A stretch of 64,000 bases of DNA from Minisyncoccota bacterium (lineage in GTDB: Bacteria > Patescibacteriota > Minisyncoccia > Phycocordibacterales > UBA2100): positions 149,047 to 213,046 of the forward strand of contig JALHPE010000002.1 in NCBI GenBank assembly GCA_022842645.1. Direction: 5' to 3'. Made by a program: the position numbers and the translations under genes. The first letter of the stretch is position 1; every line of letters starts with the position of its first letter. Below are positions 18,009 to 26,148 of the stretch, piece after piece. Below the pieces are notes generated by a model that had not been told where the DNA came from, made no database searches, and saw nothing but the letters and a program-made list of their open reading frames with translations.

Positions 18009-18993
18009 TCAAAAGCCGTATCTGGTTGATGATGTTGGTGGTCGAAGAGGTTGACGACGCGTTCCCTGTTATGACGGTTCCGCCGCCGCCCGCATAATTA
18101 CCGCCGGTATTCGAGCTTGAAGTTGTCGTTGAATTCACTACAGCATTGTTGTTCACGTTAATCGTGACGGGACCACCACAGCCTCCATTACACGCATATT
18201 CGCAGGTCGTCCCTTTCTTCACACAGGTGAATTTCTTGTTGTCTTTCACAGGGACAGCGCGGAATGAAATGTCGACTGAGAAGGAATCTGTTTGTGCTTC
18301 GTTACCCAAGACCGTCCCGTCACAAGTAATCGTCGCCGCGGGCACATTCACCACCAAATCTCCAGCGCACCACTCAATTCCGATGTAGCGTGTGCTTGAT
18401 GCGGTGAGCGGATTTCCTGTTTTCGAATCCGCAATCGCATAGGTCATCTGATTCAACACCTTTGTCGCCGCTTGTTTATTGGTCGACGTTCCGAAAAGTG
18501 GAATCTCCCCAACTTCAAAGATATTGTCTCCGTCGTCATACCAGCCGAAAAACTCTGTCCCATCAGCCAGTTCCCCCGAGTTCGCGCCGCCGGAATTGTC
18601 TGCAAGCAATTCCGGCTCATTTCTGCCGTTCTCTTTCTCCTTCAGTTTCTCAAAGTCCAAGCAGATCCACGCATCCTTATTCACGTGGAGTGAAATGGTC
18701 GCTTCGCCTCTGTCGCCTGGCTTCACGTCAGAAATGTTGAAGAATTTATCCGAGTGTGGATTGAGGTTTTTGAGATTCCACGTGGACGCGGGTTGGATGA
18801 CCCCATTCCACGAAGCCTTGCTGTCGATCTTCAGGTCAAACGCATTGCCCTTCTTACCTGTCGCAAAGGTGAATCCTGTCGCTTCTGTCCTAAACCCAAA
18901 CGCAAGCACCACCGCCGACATAACGAGGGCGGTGAATACTATGCGTGCTGAGAGTTTGAGACGAGACATATCGGTTTTCCAGCTAGAGTGCAC
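17998..18993 (-). CDS. TasA/camelysin-like secreted protein, paralog A (SipW-cognate signal class)
   Basis: Signal region ...AVVLAFGFRTEATGFTFATGKKGNAFDLKIDS; conserved FNISDVKPGDRGEATISLHVNKDAWIC and C-terminal WCAGD...TITCDGTVLGNEAQTDS...C module shared with paralogs B and C. Confidence 0.65.
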   Translation of the reverse strand: MHSSWKTDMSRLKLSARIVFTALVMSAVVLAFGFRTEATGFTFATGKKGNAFDLKIDSKASWNGVIQPASTWNLKNLNPHSDKFFNISDVKPGDRGEATISLHVNKDAWICLDFEKLKEKENGRNEPELLADNSGGANSGELADGTEFFGWYDDGDNIFEVGEIPLFGTSTNKQAATKVLNQMTYAIADSKTGNPLTASSTRYIGIEWCAGDLVVNVPAATITCDGTVLGNEAQTDSFSVDISFRAVPVKDNKKFTCVKKGTTCEYACNGGCGGPVTINVNNNAVVNSTTTSSSNTGGNYAGGGGTVITGNASSTSSTTNIINQIRLLIGR

Positions 18994-19021
18994 TCAGCCC
19001 TCTTGCATTCCTCGGTATCAC

Positions 19022-20386
19022 TTAGAGATCTACCACTTGATTCAAGCTCGCACACTGGAAGTTTGCGTTGTTGCGCTGTTGCACTGCGCTGAAGACGAGG
19101 CTGGAGGTAAGAATGTCCGTCTGCGCCACGTTGTAGGACGGACTCGTACCATCACAGGTAATCGAACCATCGCCATTCACTGTCTGTTCGCCGAAGCACC
19201 ATGCGCTTCCAAGATATGCGGTTGTTGTTGCCGTGAGCGGAAGACGCGTCATGCTAACGTTCTGAAAACCACCCGTGTAGAGCGAAGTCTCTCCACTTCC
19301 CGGCTCGTAGACCCCATCGCCGTCTGTATCCCCCCAGACAAAGAGTTTGATGAAATCTGAAAGCTCACCGTTTGGAATTCCGTCGAGGAGATCGTCCCCT
19401 GCTTCAATTTCTGGTTCGATCGGCGTATTTTCGTTATCGCTCACATTTTGCGTGAGCATACATGCGTATGCATCGTTGTCATACACGTGGAGCGAAATCA
19501 CGTTCGTGCCACGATCACCTGGCTTCACGTCGTTGAAGTTCCAGAACACATCGCCGTCGGCGAGATCTTTTTCACTCCAGAGTTTGCACTGACCGTTCGT
19601 GATGACCGTCTGACAATTGAGCTCTTGTACGCGGAAATCATCCACAAATGTACCCAGAGAGTTTGCAGTACCGAGGTCGGTAAAGCGTACGCGTGTGAGG
19701 TTTGTTGTTGCAGTCACCTGCACCGTTTCTTCCTGCCACGCAATCGGACCGCCGCCGCCCGCAACATTCCCTGTGTCATCAACAACCACACCACCCCACT
19801 GTATTTCGAGTCGATTGTCGGATGCAGGTGTGTTCGGACGTGGAGCAAACTTGTATTTAATAATGTAGTTCTTGCCCGGGACTGTCGGAATGTCTCTGTA
19901 GAACGAGACAGATGCTGGCTCCCCTTGCCCGCCATCGCTCGGACCTCCCCAATCAGTGTCGAGTTCTGCGTACTGGTCGCCCTCTGCCGCAGCGCCAACT
20001 ACATTCTCGTGATATTCCATCTTGGCGACGGCCGGACGATTTTGAGAACCGAACGTCGCCGGAATATCGCTACGCCACTCAACAGTCCACCCACCCGCAG
20101 GAGAATCGAAGATGTCCCACTGAGAACCGTTTGTCACTTCTGGATCTTCAAACCCTGCTCCCGAGATTGCTAAAAGATTCCCCGGCACTTCCACACACCC
20201 GTTCTGACACTCGTCTCCGTTATATGTCTGTCTGGTGTGGTCGATTTTCAGGTCGATCGCCCCTGCGGTGAACGTGTTTCCGGTCGAAGTTTCTGTATCG
20301 GAAAAGAACGCACTCGTGCCTGTCGCAACGGCACCTCCTGCCGAGACGATGAGGAGAAGCCCCAAAACTATTCTTGATATGTTCAT
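19022..20386 (-). CDS. TasA/camelysin-like secreted protein, paralog B, with an inserted beta-sandwich (carbohydrate-binding-like) domain
   Basis: AFFSDTETSTGNTFTAGAIDLKIDH signal motif; FNDVKPGDRGTNVISLHVYDNDAYAC; ~170-aa insertion ending ...TNLTRVRFTDLGTANSLGTFVDDFRV. Start chosen at ATG 20386 (the track uses an upstream GTG). Confidence 0.65.
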   Translation of the reverse strand: MNISRIVLGLLLIVSAGGAVATGTSAFFSDTETSTGNTFTAGAIDLKIDHTRQTYNGDECQNGCVEVPGNLLAISGAGFEDPEVTNGSQWDIFDSPAGGWTVEWRSDIPATFGSQNRPAVAKMEYHENVVGAAAEGDQYAELDTDWGGPSDGGQGEPASVSFYRDIPTVPGKNYIIKYKFAPRPNTPASDNRLEIQWGGVVVDDTGNVAGGGGPIAWQEETVQVTATTNLTRVRFTDLGTANSLGTFVDDFRVQELNCQTVITNGQCKLWSEKDLADGDVFWNFNDVKPGDRGTNVISLHVYDNDAYACMLTQNVSDNENTPIEPEIEAGDDLLDGIPNGELSDFIKLFVWGDTDGDGVYEPGSGETSLYTGGFQNVSMTRLPLTATTTAYLGSAWCFGEQTVNGDGSITCDGTSPSYNVAQTDILTSSLVFSAVQQRNNANFQCASLNQVVDL

Positions 20387-20402
20387 AATTGTTGTTTTTA
20401 AT

Positions 20403-20485
20403 GTCACGGATATTTCTTTGGTAAGAAATTCCGCAACCCCGCCTCAGCATCGACATGCTTCCGGCCTTGCGATGGGGCCCCGTCC
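20403..20485. promoter_or_regulatory. about 85-bp module, copy 1, with palindromic operator-like site GGATATTTCTTTGGTAAGAAATTCC (20408-20432) 25 nt upstream of the paralog B start
   Basis: Imperfect palindrome; the module is about 75% identical to 20585-20665. Confidence 0.5.
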
Positions 20486-20584
20486 CCATCTCACCCCCGA
20501 ATTTTTAATGTGGCGCTGAATCTTGTTCAGCTTGCCGAGCACCTCGTGAGATGCTCGACCTAGCTATCCAAGACCTTGCGGTGC

Positions 20585-20665
20585 GTCACGGATATTTCTT
20601 TGCTAAGAAATTCCGCGACCCCGCCTCGGAGCCAAGCTCCTCCGGCCTTGCGACGAGCCCCCGGC
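20585..20665. promoter_or_regulatory. about 85-bp module, copy 2, with palindrome GGATATTTCTTTGCTAAGAAATTCC (20590-20614)
   Basis: Direct duplicate of 20403-20485, 182 bp away. Confidence 0.5.
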
Positions 20666-20816
20666 TCGTCGCACCCGCCTGCCGGATTTTCAGCTCTTTG
20701 GAGCTGAAAATCCGGCGAAAGTACGGCTATACCCGAGCCTCATTCGTGCAATTTCGGGCGAAATTGCACGCAAGCTCGTTTTGACCCTATCTCCTCACAA
20801 CGCGCGTTGTGAGGAG
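20651..20816 (-). terminator. cluster of four consecutive perfect hairpins immediately downstream of the paralog C stop
   Basis: Perfect 26-nt palindrome CTCCTCACAACGCGCGTTGTGAGGAG (20791-20816); CGTGCAATTTCG/CGAAATTGCACG (20745-20770); CCGGATTTTCAGCTC-TTTG-GAGCTGAAAATCCGG (20682-20715); CGACGAGCC-CCC-GGCTCGTCG (20651-20671). Confidence 0.45.
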
Positions 20817-20840
20817 ATCCTGGGTCAGGCTAGAGAACTA

Positions 20841-21773
20841 CTAGCTCTGAGGATTGCAAGAGAAGTTCGGATTGTTTCGAGACTGCTCTACGTAGAATGT
20901 CAGGTCGGCATTCCATGAATCGGTTTGTGCTTCGTTGCCCATAGTCGCACCGTTACAAACGATTGGATTACCTGGAGTTGGAGTTCCAATATCGCCCGCA
21001 CACCATGCGAGACCAATGTAACTGGTTGAACCGCCCTCAATTGGGGTATCGCCACCCTCTGCAAGTGCCCACGTTGTGGCTGCGAGCGAGCTCGCAGAAA
21101 CGGGCCCACCAAGTGCTGTTTCGCCAAGTTCAAAGACGTTATCGCCGTCGTCTGTCCATGCGAAGAACTCAAGATTGGTGTCGAGATCTCCATTGTTAGG
21201 GGTTGCATCTTCCCCTACAAGACCTCCAGATTCATCTTCTGGCTCGGTAATGCTGTTATCAGCATCGCCAATGTTTGCAATCGATGCACACATCCATGCA
21301 TCATTGCTGCCGACGTGAATCGAGATGGTGTTTTCACCATTGTCGCCCGGCTTGATGTCATTGAAGTTAAAGAATTCATCCATGCCAAGTGTGTTTTCGC
21401 TCAGGTTACCCACTGGCCATGTGCCCGTACATGCCGAGCCTGCTGTTGGGAACTGCGCAGGATTTGCAAGATTGTATGCATCCCATTCAGTTTGCTCATT
21501 CATGTTTCCAGCTGCTACAGGAGAAGACGAAGCGTTCAGTGTCACACTCGTCTCTGGAATGTAGTGGTAGGTGGCACCAACGAGTGTGCAGACCATGCCG
21601 TTGTAATGAGCGACGCTATCGATCTGAAGATCAATATCGCCCGCTGTAAACGTATTTCCCGTCGACGTTTCCGTGTCGGAGAAGAATGCGCCCGTCGAGC
21701 TTACGACGACCGCGCCCACAAACACAATCATCGCAAGAGATGCGAGGATGCGTGTATTAAGAAGTGCTGTCAT
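20841..21773 (-). CDS. TasA/camelysin-like secreted protein, paralog C
   Basis: TM plus AFFSDTETSTGNTFTAGDIDLQIDS; FNDIKPGDNGENTISIHVGSNDAWMC; C-terminal WCAGD...IVCNGATMGNEAQTDS...C. Confidence 0.7.
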   Translation of the reverse strand: MTALLNTRILASLAMIVFVGAVVVSSTGAFFSDTETSTGNTFTAGDIDLQIDSVAHYNGMVCTLVGATYHYIPETSVTLNASSSPVAAGNMNEQTEWDAYNLANPAQFPTAGSACTGTWPVGNLSENTLGMDEFFNFNDIKPGDNGENTISIHVGSNDAWMCASIANIGDADNSITEPEDESGGLVGEDATPNNGDLDTNLEFFAWTDDGDNVFELGETALGGPVSASSLAATTWALAEGGDTPIEGGSTSYIGLAWCAGDIGTPTPGNPIVCNGATMGNEAQTDSWNADLTFYVEQSRNNPNFSCNPQS

Positions 21774-21892
21774 ATATTTGTAATTTCTATTACCTACTTT
21801 TCTAATAACTACTATCTAATTTCTATTTTTTAATGTGACTCCTTGTCGGGATCGACCGTCCGACTCCGCCAGCCGGCGGACGCTCACGACAA

Positions 21893-21942
21893 AGAGCCGC
21901 GTTTTTTTTATTGAATCAGAAAACAAACGCGGCTCGTCGCGA
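21893..21942. other. long hairpin CGAGCCGCGTTT...AAACGCGGCTCG (12-bp perfect stem) upstream of paralog C
   Basis: Read directly from the sequence. Confidence 0.4.
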
Positions 21943-21985
21943 TGAGCTTAGCTTGTAAACAAGTGATGGTGAGATACACCATGCG

Positions 21986-22169
21986 GGTGAACATGCCTTC
22001 ACGTTCCCCGCCGTGAGACACTTATAGAGTAATAGCACGCGTGAACACCTGTCAATTTTTTACACAACGTTTATTTCGGTGGAAAACTATGTGGACAACC
22101 TGTCAAAGGAGTGTGGATAGTCTAGGGGCGAAAAAAGTGTACAACGTGTGAACAAACCTGTGGAAAAGC
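21986..22169. promoter_or_regulatory. array of direct repeats GTG(A/G)ACA(A/C)(A)CCTGT(C/G)(A/G)A with about 50-bp periodicity
   Basis: GGGTGAACATGCC (21986-21998), GTGAACACCTGTCAA (22041-22055), GTGGACAACCTGTCAA (22091-22106), GTGTACAACGTG plus GTGAACAAACCTGTGGAA (22137-22165). Confidence 0.45.
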
Positions 22170-22285
22170 TCTTTATTATGATATTGACATAAGGTAAAAC
22201 ACCACGGGCTACTTGCGCACTTTTCTAAGAGGTATGCCGTGAAGGCAGTGCCTACATTCCGTGGGACACAGCAAAGGAGAGTGTC

Positions 22286-22372
22286 ATGGAAGTATTGGGA
22301 ATGGAATGGTATTTGTGGCTCGCCCTGGCGATTATAGTGTGGTTCATCTACCACGTCGTCAAACCTGGGTGA
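22286..22372 (+). CDS. 28-aa hydrophobic micro-protein MEVLGMEWYLWLALAIIVWFIYHVVKPG
   Basis: SD AAAGGAGA 7 nt upstream of the ATG; single predicted TM; followed by hairpin GCCGCCTCGAG-AGCTTGC-CTCGAGGCGG. Confidence 0.4.
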   Translation: MEVLGMEWYLWLALAIIVWFIYHVVKPG

Positions 22373-22505
22373 TGTCGCGCCGCCTCGAGAGCTTGCCTCG
22401 AGGCGGTTCTGCATTGAGCACATCATGCTCGACAAGAAAAAGGTACGGGTGTAGGGTTACTCACTGGCATGCGCGCATACCTGTAGCAAAGGGAGAAGAA
22501 AGACA

Positions 22506-22703
22506 ATGCCTCAGGAAAAGCAAAAGGAAACGGACCTATCGGGGCTTCCCCCGATACCGAATCAAAACGCGGGTGAAGAAATGGGAGAGGCAAGAATTGT
22601 TCCCACTCCTCGAAGAGTGGTTGATCTTTCGGGGTTCCCGGAAGACTGCGGGGGTCATAGCATCGGAAGCAAACCGCGCTTTACTCCTCCAAGCGAACAT
22701 TAG
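22506..22703 (+). CDS. hypothetical small protein (65 aa)
   Basis: SD-like GGGAGAAG upstream; terminator hairpin downstream (22741-22771). Confidence 0.3.
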   Translation: MPQEKQKETDLSGLPPIPNQNAGEEMGEARIVPTPRRVVDLSGFPEDCGGHSIGSKPRFTPPSEH

Positions 22704-22740
22704 AAAAACATCTAACTAATCATTCATCCGCGCGCTTGCT

Positions 22741-22771
22741 GACCCTCACTTCGGTGAGGGTCTTTGCTTTT
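22741..22771 (+). terminator. rho-independent terminator
   Basis: GACCCTCAC-TTCG-GTGAGGGTC followed by TTTGCTTTT. Confidence 0.6.
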
Positions 22772-22775
22772 CCAC

Positions 22776-23177
22776 TCACTTCCCTGCTACCTTGAAATTA
22801 ACGTAAAGATTCATGCCGTAGGTCCAGAGCCCAACAAACCCAGCAATAATGATACGACTGAGAATATAGCTAAAACCAAGCACATCCACCGCCAGATACA
22901 TAAGTCCCATCACCGTAAAAAGCCCCACCCCTGCAATTGCCAGAAAAATAACATACCCCGACTCCAGCGCACGTTCCGTCTCGGGAAACACATGCTCTCG
23001 GGATAGCCAGTAGTTTAAAGAAACGGCAATAGCAAACGCGATACCCGCGGAAAAAACATAGTAGACGCCAAGAACGTCCGTAAGGAAGAAAAGAAGTGCC
23101 AGATCGAGGGCGAATGTGGAAGTGCCCACTGCGGTGTATTTGAGAAAACGCTGAATGCCTTTGGGTGGTGAGAACAT
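22776..23177 (-). CDS. GtrA-family membrane protein
   Basis: Four TM segments; GtrA-like sequence (MFSPPKGIQRFLKYTAVGTSTFALDLALLFFL...). Confidence 0.55.
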   Translation of the reverse strand: MFSPPKGIQRFLKYTAVGTSTFALDLALLFFLTDVLGVYYVFSAGIAFAIAVSLNYWLSREHVFPETERALESGYVIFLAIAGVGLFTVMGLMYLAVDVLGFSYILSRIIIAGFVGLWTYGMNLYVNFKVAGK

Positions 23178-23246
23178 ACCGGGTGATTGTAGCAAAATGG
23201 TGGACTACTCGCCTTCCGTAAAATCTTCTGGTAAAGTACTCGGAAC

Positions 23247-23319
23247 GGGCCCTTAGCTCATCTGGTAGAGCACCTCATTTGCAATGAGGGGGTGGCAGGT
23301 TCGAGTCCTGTAGGGTCCA
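23247..23319 (+). tRNA. tRNA-Ala (anticodon TGC)
   Basis: GGGCCCTTAGCTCATCTGGTAGAGCACCTCATTTGCAATGAGG...GGTTCGAGTCCTGTAGGGTCCA; G3:U70 identity pair; followed by a terminator hairpin. Confidence 0.85.
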
Positions 23320-23330
23320 CAGCGCACTAA

Positions 23331-23355
23331 AATCCTCCCCTGCGGGAGGATTTTT
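23331..23355 (+). terminator. rho-independent terminator after tRNA-Ala
   Basis: AATCCTCCC-CTGC-GGGAGGATT followed by TTT. Confidence 0.6.
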
Positions 23356-23572
23356 GGCGCTGTGGAAAGCGGAGCGTTATGAGGCCAGTAGGCCGAATCG
23401 CGAGCTAGGGTCGTGGAATTTTTTGAGCGACGGCGAGAAAAATATCCCTGACCACATACTGGAGGGCGCAAACGATGTCGCATCAGCATATGCGACCGTG
23501 CGCCGGGGTCGCGAAAAAATTCGTCCGGCGGGACGAATTTTATTTGTGACCACAACCTGCAATCTTTTTCCC

Positions 23573-24541
23573 TCATCTCCGCGCGAGTCCGATGGCATGC
23601 GTAAGATACTCCCCTCTCGAGGCTCCTACACTCTCCAGCATTGCAGGAAATGCCGCCCCATCGTAAAGCCCCGGAAGAGCATTCACCTCCAGAAGATAGG
23701 GACCACGTTTCGTTACAATAAAATCCGAACGCGAAGAATGTGAAAGCCTCAGTGCTCGGTGCGCCGCACGTGCCATTTCGGCAAGCTCCGCCTTTTCATC
23801 ATGTCCGAAATCACTTGGCACAATAAATCGTGCCTCGCCAGAGTGATGATGATCAAAGTGGAGAAACGGCGACTCTTCCGGATACATCACCCGCGCAGGC
23901 GGCAACACATACAGCTCTTCTCCACGAAAATCGTCTATCACACCTACCGTTGCCTCCTCCCCCAAAAGGTATTCTTGCACCACAGCACTTCCAAATGCTT
24001 CAAGCATGTCGGCTATTCTCTCTCCAAGTTCAACAAATGTTGCCACCAAGACGACACCATGCGAAGCGCCTTCGCGCGCCGGCTTCACGATGTAAGGGGG
24101 GCCAAACTCTTGAAACACAAAACGGCTCATCTCTGCCGTGTTCAAACCTGATGAGAGTGTGAAGCCAACCGACAGAGGCATGCGAATCCCAGCTTTTTTG
24201 AGCTCAATACCTGCTTGAATTTTGTTGAGTGAAAGGCCGGAAGCGAGCGCATTTGAACCTGTGAACGGCACACCAAGAGTCTGTAAAATCCGCTGCACCG
24301 TGCCGTCTTCCCCCGGGCCGCCGTGTAAACCATTAATCACAACATCCACCTGCGCCAGCGCACGAGCAGGCTCAACTGGAATACCGCGTGCGTGCCAATA
24401 TCCTTTTCTATCAATGAAAATATCGCGGAGGTCGTACTCGCTTTCGGGAAGTGCATTCAAAATGCTCGTACCCGTTTTGAGCGAAAGGTCGTACTCACTT
24501 GACGGGCCACCACGAAGAACACCAACAATCGTTCGTGCCAT
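23573..24541 (-). CDS. ddl: D-alanine--D-alanine ligase
   Basis: Start MARTIVGVLRGGPSSEYDLSLKTG; ATP-grasp motifs; C-terminal LLEVNALPGL. Confidence 0.8.
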   Translation of the reverse strand: MARTIVGVLRGGPSSEYDLSLKTGTSILNALPESEYDLRDIFIDRKGYWHARGIPVEPARALAQVDVVINGLHGGPGEDGTVQRILQTLGVPFTGSNALASGLSLNKIQAGIELKKAGIRMPLSVGFTLSSGLNTAEMSRFVFQEFGPPYIVKPAREGASHGVVLVATFVELGERIADMLEAFGSAVVQEYLLGEEATVGVIDDFRGEELYVLPPARVMYPEESPFLHFDHHHSGEARFIVPSDFGHDEKAELAEMARAAHRALRLSHSSRSDFIVTKRGPYLLEVNALPGLYDGAAFPAMLESVGASRGEYLTHAIGLARR

Positions 24542-24548
24542 TCGCGCA

Positions 24549-25781
24549 TCATACCATCGCGCGCCGTTGTCGTTTGCGGTGATAGTTGATAGCGAAACGA
24601 TGCGCTTCACTATTCGCAAGAAGTATTTCCTTCTCTCGCTCGAGAATCGCTTTCTGATCCCCCACCAGCCGCGAAGGACGATGAAATTCATCTTTTACTA
24701 CACCCACCAAAGGGATGAGCACGCCCGCTTTCTCTAAGACGCGCTTTGCCGCATTCATCTGCGCGGTCGAACCATCCACGATGATGAGCCGCGGAAGGTG
24801 CCACTCAGGATGCATGAGGCGACGTTGAAGTATTTCACTCAGCGCACCCGGATCGTTGTTGGTAAATCCTTTCACCTTAAATTTTCGATACTCGCTCTTT
24901 TGCGCTTCGCCGTCTTCTACCACCACCATAACTCCTACCGTCTCCGTGCCCGCAGTGTGCGCAACGTCATATGCCTCGATGCGATTGCCGCTCGCACGCA
25001 CAGAGCCCCCGCTGGCAAAACGAGCATCATCTTTTATCAGTGCCACATCACGAATATGTGTGAGGGCTGCAACTTGGCGACGAAGTGCACTCGCGTCCTC
25101 AAACCGCTCACCCTTCGCCGCCTTCGCCATTGCACGCTCGAGCTCTTTCAGGAGAGTTTGTTTCTTGCCGGAAAAGAGAAGAACGATATGCTTCACACGC
25201 TCAGCATATTCTTTCTCACTCATCTCACCGGTACATACACCAGGACACAGTCCAATCTGCCGATTAAAGCACGGCTTTCCTTTTCCGGGAGTACATTTTG
25301 AATCACGATAGGGCAAAATTTTCCGCACCAATTTCATCGCCTCGCGCAGCGCTCCTCCTTGAGGAAATGGTCCAAACAAATGCTTAATTTTTCCCCCTTC
25401 CCACTTCGTGAAAAGTTCCCTGCCGCGCACGACGATAAGCACAGGAAATGCTTCGTCAGTTATCACGAGATAGTTGAAGCTCTTATTGTCTTTTTCGTCG
25501 GTATTAAAGGGCGGTTCAAGTTTCTTGATTTCGTTTGCTTCCAGAATCAGTGCTTCAAGGACGGAATCCGTCTCTTCCCAGGTGAGGGAATCCGCCTCAA
25601 GCACCATCCCCGCAATTGCGGGAGAACGCGCCTCCACCAAATCCTTTGAAAAATAGCTCCGCACACGATCGCGCAGTGACGTCGCCTTCCCCACATAAAG
25701 CACCCGCTTCCCTTTCTGAAAGCGGTAAATACCCGGACTATCTGGCAGATCGTAGGATGTGAGTGTTTCGCGTTCCATCAA
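24549..25781 (-). CDS. uvrC: excinuclease ABC subunit C (short form, 410 aa)
   Basis: N-terminal GIY-YIG (GIYRFQKGKRVLYVGKATSLRDR), UvrBC region, RNase H-like endonuclease domain; appears to lack the C-terminal HhH pair. Confidence 0.8.
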   Translation of the reverse strand: MMERETLTSYDLPDSPGIYRFQKGKRVLYVGKATSLRDRVRSYFSKDLVEARSPAIAGMVLEADSLTWEETDSVLEALILEANEIKKLEPPFNTDEKDNKSFNYLVITDEAFPVLIVVRGRELFTKWEGGKIKHLFGPFPQGGALREAMKLVRKILPYRDSKCTPGKGKPCFNRQIGLCPGVCTGEMSEKEYAERVKHIVLLFSGKKQTLLKELERAMAKAAKGERFEDASALRRQVAALTHIRDVALIKDDARFASGGSVRASGNRIEAYDVAHTAGTETVGVMVVVEDGEAQKSEYRKFKVKGFTNNDPGALSEILQRRLMHPEWHLPRLIIVDGSTAQMNAAKRVLEKAGVLIPLVGVVKDEFHRPSRLVGDQKAILEREKEILLANSEAHRFAINYHRKRQRRAMV

Positions 25782-25799
25782 AAGAGTGTGCCGCAGGTT

Positions 25800-26057
25800 T
25801 TACTCTGCGGCAAGTAATTCGGATTCAGGTTTTTCTTTGTTCCACGGGAAGGCTTCATAAAATTCCGCTACTACATACGGAGGCAGGTATCCATTCTCCT
25901 CGTAATTTCGGTAATCAAGGCGTGCGGCTTCAGCCCCCTCGGACATATTCTGTCTTCGATGGGAGACAATAAACACCTCGACAGGGGATTCCACTTTGAA
26001 GTGCCCAAGCAAACAGCGAACCATCCACTCGTAGGGCGTGAGGACACGATTATGCAT
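25800..26057 (-). CDS. hypothetical protein (85 aa)
   Basis: ORF fitting compactly between uvrA and uvrC. Confidence 0.3.
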   Translation of the reverse strand: MHNRVLTPYEWMVRCLLGHFKVESPVEVFIVSHRRQNMSEGAEAARLDYRNYEENGYLPPYVVAEFYEAFPWNKEKPESELLAAE

Positions 26058-26148
26058 GTGACACCTCGCTACTACTGGTGAGAGAACACACTAAAAATTA
26101 ACTATACTTCACGGAACGTGAAATAATTCTGCACACAACTGGGGAAAA

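Noticed and set aside
20403-20665. Possible CRISPR array (repeated ~25-nt palindromic unit).
   Set aside because: Only two copies, 182 bp apart, embedded in longer 85-bp duplicated modules; no regular repeat-spacer architecture and no cas genes in the window.
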